Part shown: positions 1 to 13,432 of the stretch, in pieces
Layout of the letters: every line of letters starts with the position of its first letter
Position numbering within the stretch: the stretch's first letter is position 1
Source of the DNA: Octopus sinensis
Lineage: Eukaryota
Reading direction: 5' to 3'
NCBI RefSeq assembly: GCF_006345805.1
Contig: NC_043022.1
Location: forward strand, 19,282,001 to 19,346,000
Length of the DNA: 64,000 nt
Notes under the pieces: generated by a model
Database searches by the model: none
The model's input: the letters and a program-made list of their open reading frames with translations, nothing else
What the model was told of the DNA's origin: nothing
Translations under genes and position numbers: made by a program

Positions 1-707
1 AGTGAAGAGACAAGGGAAGATTGAATGGCTGAAAGAAGAGAGATGAGAAGGTGAGAGAGGAAAGATTGTGACAGAGAGAAGTGGAGAAGTGAAGAGACAA
101 GGGAAGATTGAATGGCTGAAAGAAGAGAGATGGTGTGATAGAGAGAAGTAAAGAGACAGAGGGAGAAAGAGAGGGGGTTACGAAAGCTGCAATAGAAATG
201 AGGGATTAAGAAAATGAAAGATTGTTAAAGAGAGGATTGTTAAAAACGAGAAACAGATATTGAGAGAATGTAAACAAAAACGGCCTTCGTAACTTTTAAC
301 GGAGTTGCAAGCTTAAGTTAAGGGAAATAAAATAAGATAATAGATAAAATATGAAATAGAAGATGAAAGTGATACTTATTCCAACGATGTAGTCTGGGTT
401 TTTGTGCTTTACGGAATTATTTTCCAGGAGAGATGTTTCTTTTTCCTTCTTACAGGAGATAAATTAATTCAATGAGTGTCCACCAAGTGCGTTTTCGGCG
501 AAAAGAAAATAACTCTATTTGGCTTCAGGCAAAATATATTACGTTTTTGATTAATATATTTTTAACCAATGTGTTGTAAATGGACTTTATGATTTGAATT
601 TTTCGTTTTGTGACTTTCAGTAGGCTATTTCGCCGATTTATGCAAACTTTTCTGTTTTTTTTAACAGAGCAAAGGCGAGACACGTCTTTCTCTGGGAAAA
701 CCGGAAG

Positions 708-740
<33 letters not shown>

Positions 741-747
741 ATATATA

Positions 748-793
<46 letters not shown>

Positions 794-1547
794 TTATACA
801 TATGTATCTATGTATGTATATGTATATAACTCTTACTTGTTTCACTCATTTGAGTGCAGCCTTGCTGGATCACTGCCTTTTAGTTGAAAAGTTTTGGGCC
901 CAATCCACTTCATGGACCCTAAGTAATGAATGTGTAAAATTTGAATGAAATCGGTTGAGTAGTTCTTGAGTTTTACTGATGCACTCACACACACACACAC
1001 ACACAGATGTGCATGCGTGATCTCAGTTTTATATATATAGATTATTCACCAACGACTGTGAGTTTTGAACTGAAACATTCCAGGTTCAAATGCGAGGAAG
1101 GTTTCCTGCATGGCAGTTTGGGTAAGTGTCTGAGCAAGGCTTTGTGAGTGGATTTGATAGACTGCAACTGCAAGAAGCCCATCATAGGCATACACATATA
1201 CATGTATGCCTACATGTATGTGTATATATATATATATATTTTTTTTTTTACTTGTTTCAGTCATTTGACTGCGACCATTCTGGAGCACCACCTTTAGCCG
1301 AGCAACTCGACCCCGGGACTTATTCTTTGTAAGCCCAGTACTTATTCTATCGGTCTCTTTTTGCCGAACCGCTAAGTTACAGGGACGTAAACACACCAGC
1401 ATCGGTTGTCAAGCAATGCTAGGGAAACAAACACAGACACACAAACATACATATAGCAGAAGACACTTGCCCAAGATGCCACGCAGTGGGACTGAACCCG
1501 GAACCATGTGGTTGTTAAGCAAGCTACTTACCACACAGCTGCTCCTG

Positions 1548-1597
<50 letters not shown>

Positions 1598-1598
1598 A

Positions 1599-1631
<33 letters not shown>

Positions 1632-1759
1632 TGTGTGTGTGTGTATGTCCATGTCTATAAGAGCGAGTGTATGTGAGAGTAAATGCAACCTGACTCAATG
1701 AATTTCTTCTGATCCATGCTATAGAGAAATGAGATAAGAAATATCTTTTATCAACTTAC

Positions 1760-1859
1760 CATTTGTCAAGAAACATCTATGGTAATCAAGTACATTAAAC
1801 AGATAAGGAATGAAAATACAGGAATATATTTTGTAATTTGCCATATTCTGCAGTTTTAC
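1760..1859 (-). CDS. P1 exon 5: VKLQNMANYKIYSCIFIPYLFNVLDYHRCFLTNG
   Basis: Long polypyrimidine tract plus AG, donor GTAAGT, 100 nt, phase 0 to 1. Confidence 0.8.
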
Positions 1860-2222
1860 CTAAAAGTAAGAGAAAAAGAGAAAATTACGACTCAAGGAAT
1901 CACATGGGTTTAGACGGGGGTCACTTTGTTCTGCATCCAGTAATTATGCAGATGTGAAACACCTAAGTTAATCCATCCTTTTACTCTTTTACTCTTTTAC
2001 TCTCTTACTTGTTTCAGTCATTTTGACTGCGGCCATGCTGGAGCACCGCCTTTAATTGAGCAATTCGACCCCGAATTGTGTGGTAGGGAGCTTGCTTTCC
2101 AATGACATGGTTCCAGGTTCAGTACTGATGCATGGCACCCAGGGCAAGTGTCTTTTACTATTGCCTCAGGCACACCAAAGTTCTGTGAGTGGATTTGGTA
2201 GACAGAAACTGAAAGAAGCCCG

Positions 2223-2263
<41 letters not shown>

Positions 2264-2492
2264 CATTCTCTTTTACTCTTTTACTTGTTTCAGTCATTTG
2301 ACTGCGGCCATGCTGGAGCACCGCCTTTAATCAAGCAATTCGACCCCCGGGACTTATTCTTTTGTAAGCCCAGTACTTATTCTATCGGTCTCCTTTGCCA
2401 AACCGCTAAGTAACGGGGACATAAACACACCAGCATCGGTTGTCAAGCAATGCTAGGGGGACAAACACAGACACACAAACACACACACATGC

Positions 2493-2523
<31 letters not shown>

Positions 2524-3545
2524 TACGACGAGCTTCTTTCAGTTTCCGTCTACCAAATCCACTCACAAGGCTTTGGTCGGCCCGGGGCTATAGTAGAAGA
2601 CACTTGCCCAAGGTGCCACGCAGTGGGACTGAACCCGGGACAATGTGGTTGGTAAGCAAGCTACTTACCACACAGCCACTCCTGCGCCATTCAGTAATAT
2701 CATATTCGCTTCAACTGAAACGCTCTTTCAGATATTGATAGTCATACAGCGCCATGTTTACAGGAGCTCAGCTGTTTAAGTACAAGGTGCATTGCAGAAG
2801 CTTTGAGACTTTTTCAGGATAGACATTTATTAGTGTTAAAGAGGGAGGCGCAATGGCCTAGTGGTTAGGGCAGCGGACTCGCGGTCGTAGGATCGCGGTT
2901 TTGATTCCCAGACCAGGCGTTGTGAGTGTTTATTGAGCGAAAACACCTAAAGCTCCACGAGGCTCCGGGAGGGGATGGTGGTGGTCCCTGCTGTACTCTT
3001 TCACTACAACTTTCTCTCACTCTTACTTCCTGTTTCTGTTGTACCTGTATTTCAAGGGGCCGGCCTTGTCACTCTCTGTGTCACGCTGAATATCCCCGAG
3101 AACTACGTTAAAGGTACACGTGTCTGTGGAGTGCTCAGCCACTTACACATTAATTTCACGAGCAGGCTGTTCCGTTGATCGGATCAACCGGAACCCTCAT
3201 CGTCGTAACCGACGGAGTGCTTCCACCACAGTGTTAAAGAAGTACAAGACTCTTAAGGACTTCGTGGTATTTCGTCTGCCGCTACATTTTGGCACCTTCA
3301 CTTTAAACGACTTCTCAGATATCCTAGAGTATTGGAGGCACGATGATGATGACGGTGATGATGATGATGACGATGATGATGACGATGATGATGACGATGA
3401 TGATGACGATGATGATGACGATGATGATGACGATGATGATGACGATGATGATGATGACGATGATGATGATGATGATGATGATGATGACGGTGATGATGAT
3501 GATGACGATGATGATGACGGTGATGATGATGATGATGATGATGAC

Positions 3546-3577
<32 letters not shown>

Positions 3578-4920
3578 CGACGATGATGTGTTTTCGCTCA
3601 ATAAACACTCACAACGCCCGGTCTGGGAATCCTACGACCGCGAGTCCGCTGCCCTAACCACTGGGCCATTGCGCCTCCACATCCTAGAGTATACCAACAA
3701 TGTACTGCTCAAAGCAACATGTAATTTGAACCAGTCCCTTAGGCGCAAAATACCCATAGGATTCGTTTTATCTGTGTATACTATCTATCTGATACTTCAA
3801 CTCTCACCACCCAAATGGCTGAACCACAGGGATTACCCAGTTCTACCAGGTGCATACCTTTTCAAGTATCTGATTCTATCTGAATTCTCAGATAAAATTT
3901 ACATATATACATACATGGTTCCGGGTTCAGTCCCATTGCATGGCACCTTGGGCAAGTGTCTTCTGCTATAGCCTCGGGCCGACCAAAGCCTTGTGAGTGG
4001 ATTCAGTAGACAGAAACTGAAAGAAGCCTGTTGTATATATGCATATATATATATATGTATGTGTGTGTGTTTGTCCCCCTAGCATTGCTTGACAACCGAT
4101 GCTGGTGTGTTTACGTCCCTGTCACTTAGCGGTTCGGCAAAAACAGACCGATAGAATAAGTACGGGATCGATTTGCTCGACTAAAGGCGGTGCTCCAGCA
4201 TGGCCGCAGTCAAAAGTAAAAGAATATATATATATATTAAAAGAAATATATATATGCCAGGAGCGTAACCAGCCTGCTTACCTTTTCCTTCTTTGGTCAC
4301 TAAACTCTGCTTGCGAAGACCTGTTGAGGCAAGTGAAATCAAAATCAATCAAAACCAAAATCAATTCGATGACTGGCATCCGTACTAGTGGGGTGCAGAG
4401 AGCACCATACAAGTGTGATTGTTGACAGAACAGCTAACCAGCTTCCATACCAGTGGCACATAAAAGGGCACCATTCGAGTATCATCGTTACCAGCGTCGC
4501 CTTACTACCACATGTGCTAGTAGGGTGCTAATCTGAGTCCGATCGTTGCCAGAGCAGCCAACTGGCTTCCGTACCCGTGGCACGTAAAAGGGCACCATTC
4601 GAGCGTGACTGTTACCAACGTCGCTTCACTGGCACCTGTGCCGGTGGCATGTGTAAAAAAGATTTGAGAGAGGTCATTGCCAGTACCGCCTGACTGGCGC
4701 CTGTGCCGGTGGCATGTAAATAGCACCCACTACACTCTCGGAGTGGTTGACGTTAGGAAGGGCATCCAGCCGTAGAAACTCTGTCAGATCAAGATTGGAG
4801 CCTGGTGCAGCCATCTGGTTCGCCAGCCCTCAGTCAAAATCGTCCAACCCATGCTAGAATGGAAAACGGATGTTAAACGATGATGATGATACATATATAT
4901 ATATATATATAATATATATA

Positions 4921-4961
<41 letters not shown>

Positions 4962-6393
4962 CATACATACATACATACATACATACATACATACATGTGT
5001 ATGTATGTATTTATTTATGCATATGTGTGTGTGTGTGTGTGGTTTCCCCCCACTACCACTTGACAATGTGTGTAGGTGTTTTCACTTCCTTGGAACTTAG
5101 TGGTTCACCAAAAGATATTGATAGAATAAGTACCAGGCTTTAAAACAAGAATACAGGGGTCAGTTTGTTTGCCCCAAATCCATCCTTCAAGGCAGTGCCC
5201 TAGCATGGTCCCTGTCTAATGACTGAAACAAGTAAAAGAGAAAGGATAACCGTAGAAGCCCCGAAAACATGAAAAACGTTGAAGCTGAGTGAAGAAGGGG
5301 AACTTCTTTTGGAAATGAAGACAAAATAAAGAAGCGTTTGACTCACCGCTGCATCCAGCCAAAAATTTCCTTTACCATAAAAAGTTATTCTCGTTATTTC
5401 ATTCCAGTCCATTGGAATAAGGAAAGATGTATTTGAAGTTCTAGAATTTCTTCTAAACGTAATATTAGTGTGCCCATAATACCAAGATTCAAAAGAATAG
5501 TGATGACCATCATTTGGTTCACTACGTATAACTTCCATAGTCCATTGTACCACTAGAACGTAAGAGAGAGAGAGGGAAAATTCGAAGTCAGCGACAGCAA
5601 AATTTCAAAATCAATAAACTTAAAATGATAATCACGTGATCACGTGACCGACTAGACCATCAGATGTTGTTACACATCGCTGGTCACAATGCGCCTCGCA
5701 TTGTTTTAGCCTTCGAATGACACCACCCCGCTGGCTAAGCGAGCAGGCCAACAGAAGAAAAAGAGAGAGAAAGAGTGGTGAAAGAGTACAGCAGGGATCA
5801 CCACCATCCCCTGCCAGAGCCTCGTGGAGCTTTTAGGTGTTTTCGCTCAATAAACACTCACAATGCCCGATCTGGGAATCGAAACCGCGATCCTACGACC
5901 GCGAGTCCGCTGCCCTAACCACTAGGCCATTGCGCCTCCACAAAAGGATAATCATATACTATAAAAGGCAGATTTTCTCAGATGACTTCTTTCGGGGCTA
6001 ATGTTGTCAGAGAAACTGGTTGGATGCCTACTTTCAAGATCCAGGGCCAGGTGTGTAACCGCGCATTCAATTCTTACACCATTCTACGAGGGGTAGGAAC
6101 CCCTTTACACGGCTTTCTATACACTTACAAATACATTCATTCGCCGTAAACTTATATCAATATTTGCCTGAATAATCATCATAATTCACTGCAATCATTA
6201 ACAGTACTTTCAAGCAATTCAGCCCCGAGCAACGCCGGGCAATTCTGCTAGTTACTTTTATAAGGAGGAGAATTTAAAAAGAAATTATAAGAACATGATT
6301 GGAAAATATTTATTTTTCTCTGCTCTTCCACCATAGTTTATTACAGTTTTTACATTTAGGGGAGACTGTGTTGAAGAAGTTTGCTTCCCAGCC

Positions 6394-6427
<34 letters not shown>

Positions 6428-6492
6428 CGGTGATGATGATGATGATGACGATGATGATGACGGTGATGATGATGATGATGATGATGACGACG

Positions 6493-6523
<31 letters not shown>

Positions 6524-7843
6524 TGATGATGACGATGACGATGACGATGATGATGACGATGATGATGATGACGATGATGATGATGATGTTGATGATGATG
6601 ATGATGGTGTGTGTGTGTGCTTGCCAAACAAAACACTTCCTTAATAAGTTTCAAAGAAGAAAAAACAAGCAAAAACAACAAAAAAACCAAGAAAGAGCTC
6701 CCAAGGCAAAAACAGCTTACTTTTAATTAGTGTGATAATTGTCTCATTACAAAAAGTCTTCCCACATTTGCCAAAATATGTTTCTTGAAGATCCCGATTT
6801 TCAATGGATGCCTAAGATAAAGTAAATTAACAAAAGAACAGCAGCAGATTATTTAAAATAAGTTAATAATGATGTTGATGATGATGTTTATGATGATTGA
6901 TGGTTATAATGATGACATTGATGATGATGGTTATGATGATGATAAAGAGGATGGTGGTTATGATGATACTCTTTTACTCTTTTACTTGTTTCAGTCATTT
7001 GACCGCAGCCATGCTGGAGCACCGCTTTTACTTGAGCAAATCGACCCCGGGACTTATTCTTTTGTAAGCCCAGTACTTATTCTATCGGTCTCTTTTTGCC
7101 AAACCGCTAAGTGACAGGGACATAAACACACCAGCATCGGTTGTCAAGCAATGCTAGAGGGACAAACACACACATACATATATATATATATACATATATA
7201 CGACTGAAACAAGTAAAAGAAAACGAAAAGAATAAAAGAGACCACCAAGAAAAGAAATATGTAACGAAAATGCCAAAAGGTAATAGTTATGAATATAGAG
7301 AAGAGATTAAAGCAGAGAGAATGTAGGAGGATTAGCCAAGGAATTATCAAGGTGAGACACTATTATTTGTAACTTAAGAATGTGTTACATAACTTATGTT
7401 TACAGTTAAGAACAAGGAGATTTCATTCATTAATGCAGTTACTGCATTGTATAATGGAAAACAGTTCTGCAATACAGAGATGGCAATTGTTGTTAGAACC
7501 AATATCTGGTTTAACATGGCTAGCAATGGACTACTTTATATTGCATAAAACTGAGTAATGTTATAGCTTATGAATGAGTCTAGATTGAGAAGTGCTGTTA
7601 GTTTTTGCTATATACATATAGTTTATTGTTTTGATATAGGTACTCTTTTACTTGTTTCAGTCATTTGACTGCGGCCATGCTGGAGCACCCCCTTTAGTCG
7701 AGCAAATCGAACCCGGGACTTATTCTTTGTAAGCCCAGTACTTATTCTATCGGTCTCTTTTGCCGAACCGCTAAGTGACGGGGACGTAAACACACCAGCA
7801 TCGGTTGTCAAGCAATGCTAGGGGAACAAACACAGACACACAA

Positions 7844-7876
<33 letters not shown>

Positions 7877-10305
7877 CGACAGGCTTCTTTCAGTTTCCAT
7901 CTACCAAATCCACTCACAAGGCATTGGTCGGCCCGGGGCTATAGCAGAAGACACTTGCCCAAGATGCCACGCAGTGGGACTGAACCCGGAACCATGTGGT
8001 TGGTTAGCAAGCTACTTACCACACAGCCATTCCTGCGCCTATCAACAGAAATATTATTCTAGCGGGAGATAAATATCATTTAATCTTTGTTGCTTTGTAA
8101 CTTGTTTCAGTCTAGTCATTAAATTATGGCCATGCTGGAGCAACACCTTAAACGGTTTTAGTCAAACAAATTGACTGCAGGACTTATTCTTTAACACCTA
8201 GTAATATTTTATCAGTCTCTTTTGCTGAACTGATCAGTTACAGGGATGTAAACAAACCAACATCAGTTGTCAAGTGATGGCGGGGGACAACAAACACAGA
8301 CACTCCCACACACATAGATGCATATACATATACATACGACGGTCTTTTTTCAGTTTCCGTCTACCAAATCCACTCACAAGGTTTTGGTCAGCTTGAGGGT
8401 ATAGTAAAAGAAACTTGCCCAAAGTGTCACACAGTGGGACTGAACCTGGAACCATGTGGTTGGGAAGCAAACTTCTTACCTCACAGCCATACCTGCACCT
8501 ATACACAAAATTTTAAAAAGCTCTTGTAATAGTTTCATGTTGTTGCGATACAATAATTTGGCAGGTTTATATAACATGCCACATGTCTCCATGCAGTCTT
8601 TGAAACATGTTATATAAATCTGCCAAATTATAGTACCTCTAAGGCATGAAAGTGTTAGTACATGTAGGGATGGCCATGGTTGGGATTCCTGTGAATGTGT
8701 GTCCTTTCACCTTAATAGTTGGCAATAATGACACCATGCATACACACATGCATGTATGCTCGCACAATCACACATACATATACACACATATGCACGTATT
8801 CACTCACACACATATGCACACATCCGTTATAATGTATATATATATATATGCGTGTGTATGTGTATATATGCACAGGAGTGGCTGTGTGGTAAGTAGCTTG
8901 CTAACCAACCACATGGTTCCGGGTTCAGTCCCACTGCATGGCATCTTGGGCAAGTGTCTTCTGCTATAGCCCCGGGCCGACCAATGCCTTGTGAGTGGAT
9001 TTGGTAGACGGAAACTGAAAGAAGCCTGTCGTATATATGTATATATATATGTGTGTGTGTGTGTGTTTGTGTGTGTGTGTTTGTCACCCTAGCATTGCTT
9101 GACAACCGATGCTGGTGTGTTTACGTCCCGTCACTTATGTTGTGTGTGTGTATGTGTGTGCATATTAATTTCCTTACCTCATCAACATTAATGTTATCAA
9201 ATTCTACAAAACTTGGCTTTGTTGCATCGTCTAATTCAAATTCAGTGTTGAAACACTTTTGATCCTTTTCACTTGTTAGGTTTACATATTTAACCTTGTC
9301 CAAAGAAATGCGAACCGAATTGAATTTCTTATAAGAACAAAGTGTTATGTTCCACATTGTGGCCTGGGTAACTGGAAAATAGTTGAAAAAAAAAAAACGA
9401 TACAGAGAAGATTAGTATGGCCTCTGCACAAGGATGACATGCAAATTCGCGAAGTATTTCATATTTTTAAAAACATTTGAGCGAGGTTGTTGCCAGTGCC
9501 GCTGGACTGGCTCCTGTGCAGGTGGCACATAAAAAGCACCATTTGAGCATGGCAGTTGCCAGTACTGCCTGACTGGACCTTGTGCCGGTGGCACGTAAAA
9601 GCACCCATTACACTCTCGGAGTGGTTGGCGTTAGGAAGGGCATCCAGCTGTAGAAAACCATGCCAAATCAGACTGGTTCATGGTGCAGCCTTCTAGCATA
9701 CCAGCCATGTCAAACCATCCAGCTGTAGAAAGTCTGCCAGATCAGATTTAAAACATCAAAAGCCTTTTACAATGTGACTAGTTATACTGGTATTCTATTA
9801 CTGGCTACAGCTGGAAGTTGTGGGCATGTCCCACCCCAGTTATACAAGGAAAATTAGAGTAAGGTGAAGGTGTGGCTATGTGGTAACAAGTTTGCTTTCT
9901 AGCCGCTTGATTCCATGTTGGGTCCCACTTTATTGCACCATGAGCAAGTGTCTCCTATTATAACCTTCGCCTAACCAAATCCATGTGAGTAGATTTTGTG
10001 GACAAAAACTGGAAAACCCCATTCAGTGTGTGTGTGTGTGTGTGTGGTGTGTGTGTGTGAATGTGTGTATGTGTATCAATAAGCTCATAAAAAACGAAAT
10101 TTAAGGGCTGTCTGACTGGCTCTTTTGCCAGTGGCACGTAAAAAACACCCAGCACACTCTGCTGAGTGGTTGGTGTTAGGAAGGGCATCCAGCTGTACGA
10201 ACCTTGTTAAATCAGATTGAAGCCTGGTGCAGACTCCTGTCATGCCAGTCGACAGTCATACCGTCCAACCAATGCCAGTATGGAAAGCGGACGTTAAATG
10301 ATAAC

Positions 10306-10341
<36 letters not shown>

Positions 10342-11387
10342 CACACACACCACACATACACACCACATAGACATGACAGCAGTAAATAGACATCCCATAA
10401 AACATTGTGTTATGGTTATTTTAACTTGGAAGGGTTCATGTTTTTTTATTAATTGACACTTTTATGTTTCAAGTTCTACATGTGACTTTTAAATCATGCC
10501 AAGTACAAAACCAGCTTTAGAACTGTCCGAATTTCAAAGAGGCCATATTATGGGTCAATCTAAAGGTGTAAAACTGTAGAAAACCTTGGGATCCTGCTTT
10601 CTACAGTAAATAGGGTGATTGTGCAATTCACCAAAAAGGGGAAACCCCATCACCTCACCCAGGTTGACCAGGGCCCTCTGACAGAAGCTCTCACTTTGTT
10701 TAGAGAAGTGTGGAAGATAATCCTTGTTGCAAGGCCTCTGACATAGCAGAGCAAGTTGATGTCAGTCCCAGAACAGCTGTCAGGTATCTCCACAAACTTG
10801 GTTCCTGTGGCAGAGCAGCAAGAAGGAAGCCACTTCTTCAACCAGCCAATATCAGACCAAGAAAAGACTGGGCCAGGAGATAGTGGAAATGCCACTAACA
10901 TTTTGGGACACTGTCGTATTCTCTGATGACTCCAGATTTGCTGTGTTTTCTGACAGTGGTCGAGTGTAGATCTGGAGACTGTGATGAAGAATTTAATGGG
11001 AAAAAATTGCAACAAACAATGAATATAATATCTATTCTACGACGGTGCGGAGAGCAATTTGGAGCAATGAATGATCAGAGTTGGCGGAGTGGGAGGGAAA
11101 CATAAACTCAGATAAATATGTGTCCATATAGCAGAAAGGAATCCTTCCAAACTTCTCCAGAAGTGAAAAGAAGATTCATTTTTTATTGAAGATGGTGCTC
11201 CTCTTCACACAGATAAAAAGACTCAAGATTGGTCGGAAGAGAGTGGAAAACACAGGTGAGGCAAACGAAGCTTTAACCATACACACCTGACCACAATGAT
11301 TGCACAAAAGAATAATAATAAAGAAAACTTACGTAGTAAATAAGGGAAGATTATGACTAAAATACTCCAATATGAAAGAAGCAGCAT
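1760..11387 (-). CDS. Paralog P1, spliced gene: signal peptide plus PLAT/LH2-like domains 1-2. Coding exons 11333-11387, 9178-9371, 6721-6811, 5347-5552, 1760-1859; continues beyond the left edge
   Basis: Five exons with canonical AG/GT sites, compatible phases (1,0,1,0,1) and no stops. Same exon layout as P2. The PLAT-like label is inferred from the beta-strand pattern. Confidence 0.8.
2843..3230 (+). mobile_element. tRNA-derived SINE (OR-like); further copies at 3335-3680 (-) and 5630-5940 (-)
   Basis: tRNA-like head gaggcgcaatggcctagtggttagggcagcggactcgcgg. TSD gtgttaaaga. Confidence 0.8.
3340..3590. repeat. (GAT/GAC)n microsatellite; a similar tract lies at 6394-6606, with many (TA)n, (CA)n, (TATC)n, (TATG)n and (TAA)n tracts throughout the window
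   Basis: Direct inspection. Confidence 0.95.
4380..4890 (+). mobile_element. Retroposon 3' family ending in (GAT)n with internal sub-repeats; other copies at 9473-9740, 10090-10340, 26350-26520(-) and 36100-36300(-)
   Basis: Shared motif ggagtggttggcgttaggaagggcatccagc and tail gttaaacgatgatgat. Confidence 0.7.
5347..5552 (-). CDS. P1 exon 4: MVQWTMEVIRSEPNDGHHYSFESWYYGHTNITFRRNSRTSNTSFLIPMDWNEITRITFYGKGNFWLDAA
   Basis: Acceptor gttctag, donor GTGAGT, 206 nt. Same length as P2 exon 4. Confidence 0.8.
5952..6251 (+). mobile_element. Non-autonomous Helitron (300 bp)
   Basis: A|TC start, 3' hairpin gccccgagcaacgccgggc then CTAG|T, internal Rep-like fragment MTSFGANVVRETGWMPTFKIQGQV. Empty site aaagataa|ttactttt in P2 near 35500. 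Confidence 0.8.
6721..6811 (-). CDS. P1 exon 3: ASIENRDLQETYFGKCGKTFCNETIITLIK
   Basis: Acceptor tttatcttag, donor GTAAGC, 91 nt, phase 0 to 1. Same length as the P2 and P3 homologs. Confidence 0.78.
9178..9371 (-). CDS. P1 exon 2: [65 protein letters not shown]
   Basis: Acceptor ttttccag, donor GTAAGG, 194 nt, phase 1 to 0. Confidence 0.8.
9396..9468 (+). pseudogene. U6: 5'-truncated U6 snRNA retrocopy
   Basis: AACGATACAGAGAAGATTAGtATGGCCtCTGCaCAAGGATGACAtGCAAATTCGcGAAG..TTcATATTTTT matches the U6 3' two-thirds, including the ACAGAGA box. Confidence 0.9.
10620..11260 (+). mobile_element. Decayed Tc1/mariner transposase fragment in P1 intron 1
   Basis: Plus-strand pieces VSPRTAVRYLHKLG..RAARRKPLL and FWDTVVFSDDSRF match the Tc1 HTH and first catalytic Asp motifs. 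Stops and frameshifts present. Confidence 0.8.
11333..11387 (-). CDS. P1 exon 1: signal peptide MLLLSYWSILVIIFPYLL (phase 1 donor GTAAGT); 5'UTR part of the exon extends to an acceptor at 11549-11550
   Basis: ATG, hydrophobic 18-mer and GTAAGT donor. A 55-nt homolog is present in P2 and P3. Confidence 0.8.
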
Positions 11388-11829
11388 GGCAGAAGTTGGA
11401 AGGAATTGGTTAGTCTTGAGAAATGGTGATTTTTCTTTTTTCCTTTTTAAAGGTCTTTCGCAAAGCAGTTAGAACTTCTATATCAAATATTCTTAGAGAT
11501 GAATTATCTTTAATTTCTTTCCATTCATCTGTTCAGCTGTTTTATAAACTGCAAAACACAAAAACAGAATATTGTCACATGTCAGTTGATATTTCAAACC
11601 ATTGAATACTTCTTGTTTTATAATTCTTACCATGTCAAATTCCTGTGTTTATGGGTTGTGGGGATGACAAAATTGAAGGTTCTGGACAATATTTAATGCT
11701 TTTCTTAATGATTTTTTTTCTAATGTTTGGACACAATATTATTATAGCATCAAAGCTATTAAAATATATTAACTGGCTTCTAGGACATTACTAAAAACTG
11801 AATAATTGATACTATATATATATAATATA

Positions 11830-12021
11830 TTATATTAGATTAGAGATAAAACCACTATTAGGCAAATCAAACAGTGAAAATCATAAACCAATACATAGAA
11901 ATAAAATTAATTAATAAAAAATATATAAAATATAAAATTCTAATTTTTAATATTTAAATTAAAGTTAAAATTTTTTAATAGTTATTTAAATTAATAATTT
12001 ATATTTATAAATTTTCAAATA

Positions 12022-12070
<49 letters not shown>

Positions 12071-13266
12071 ATATATATATATATTTTATTATCATTTTAT
12101 TTATTTATTTATTAATTTTTTTAAAAATATAACTATCAAAAAGTATTAGAAGTTTAATATAAGATAAAGAGTAAAACCACTACGATCGTTTCATGCCCAT
12201 TAACCAATTTGAATAACAATAATTTAAATTCAATTAATAATTTGAATTATGCTTATAGTCAATCTTCAGGTTAATTATAATATTTAAATAAATAATCAGA
12301 AATATTTAAACAATATTTTTTAAGAAATAAATAAAATAATATATATAAGATATATAGATAGTTAATTTGCTATAGCGTTCGTTTAAGATTGTTTGTTTGT
12401 TTTTTGCAATTAGCTATTTCATCTTTAATATTTTAATATTTTTATTAGTAATAATGAATAATTAACTTATTAGGTCTTTATTATACGTGCATATATATTT
12501 ATTTATAGAGATAATTTTAGATCTTAATTCTAATATTTATATACATTTATATATTTTCATTGATAATTTATATATTATTCAAATATTATATATTTAATAA
12601 TATGAATAGTAATTTTTTTTGTAAAATATTTATATTAGATATTGACTATAACTGATATTAGATTATTTGTGGGTTTCTTACCTTAAAAATTAATACTTAA
12701 AAATCAATATTTAACATTATAATCGATTGTATGACATAATCATAATCGTTAAGTTTCTAGTTTGATAATAGAGTTTTTTATAAGAAAAATTATTATTTTA
12801 TTTATTTCTTAAAAAATATTGTTTAAATATTTCTGATTATTTATCTAAATATTATAATTAACCTGAAGATTGACTATAACCATAATTCGAATTATTAATT
12901 GAATTTAAATTATTGTTATTCGAATTGGTTAATGGGCATGAAACGATCGTAGTGGTTTTACTCTTTATCTTATATTAAACTTTTAATACTTTTTGATAGT
13001 TATATTTTTTAAAAAATTAATTGATAAATAAATAAAATAATAAAAAATATATATATTTAAAAATTTATAAGTATAATTTATTAATTTAAATAATTTTTAA
13101 AATTTTAACTTTAATTTAAATATTTTAAATTTTGAATTTTATATTTTATATATTTTTATTAACTAATTATATTTCTATGTATTGGTTTATGATTTTCACT
13201 GTTTGATTTGCCTAATAGTGGTTTTATCTCTAATTTAATATAATATTTTAATATAATATATATATA

Positions 13267-13305
<39 letters not shown>

Positions 13306-13400
13306 TATATATATATATATATATTTTATATTTTATACTTTAAAATTAGATTTAATCCTAAATCTAATTTTTCCCTCTAAGTTTGGATTTACTCCCTAAT
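11830..13400. mobile_element. Inverted (tail-to-tail) pair of AT-rich PLE pLTR-like copies forming a palindrome of about 1.4 kb
   Basis: 11835-12345 is the reverse complement of about 12780-13250. 12370-13400 matches 38140-39130 in reverse. Flanked by (TA)n. Confidence 0.65.
12856..12958 (+). ncRNA. Hammerhead-like motif with long stem II and weak stem I; copies at 12174-12276(-) and 38611-38710(-)
   Basis: CTGAAGA...GAAAC-GATC-GT-A with palindromic ACGATCGT stem III. Stem I has only 2 clean base pairs. Confidence 0.45.

Positions 13401-13432
<32 letters not shown>

Noticed and set aside
3120-3971. 283-aa ORF with long poly-Asp (also 6381-6644 and the poly-Ser, poly-His and poly-Met frames)
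   Set aside because: Translation of (GAT)n microsatellites and SINE pieces; no splice context or coding complexity.
11830-13400. AT-rich palindrome as a mitochondrial control-region NUMT
   Set aside because: No mitochondrial gene or tRNA is recognisable, and it matches dispersed copies associated with PLE sequence and hammerhead-like motifs.
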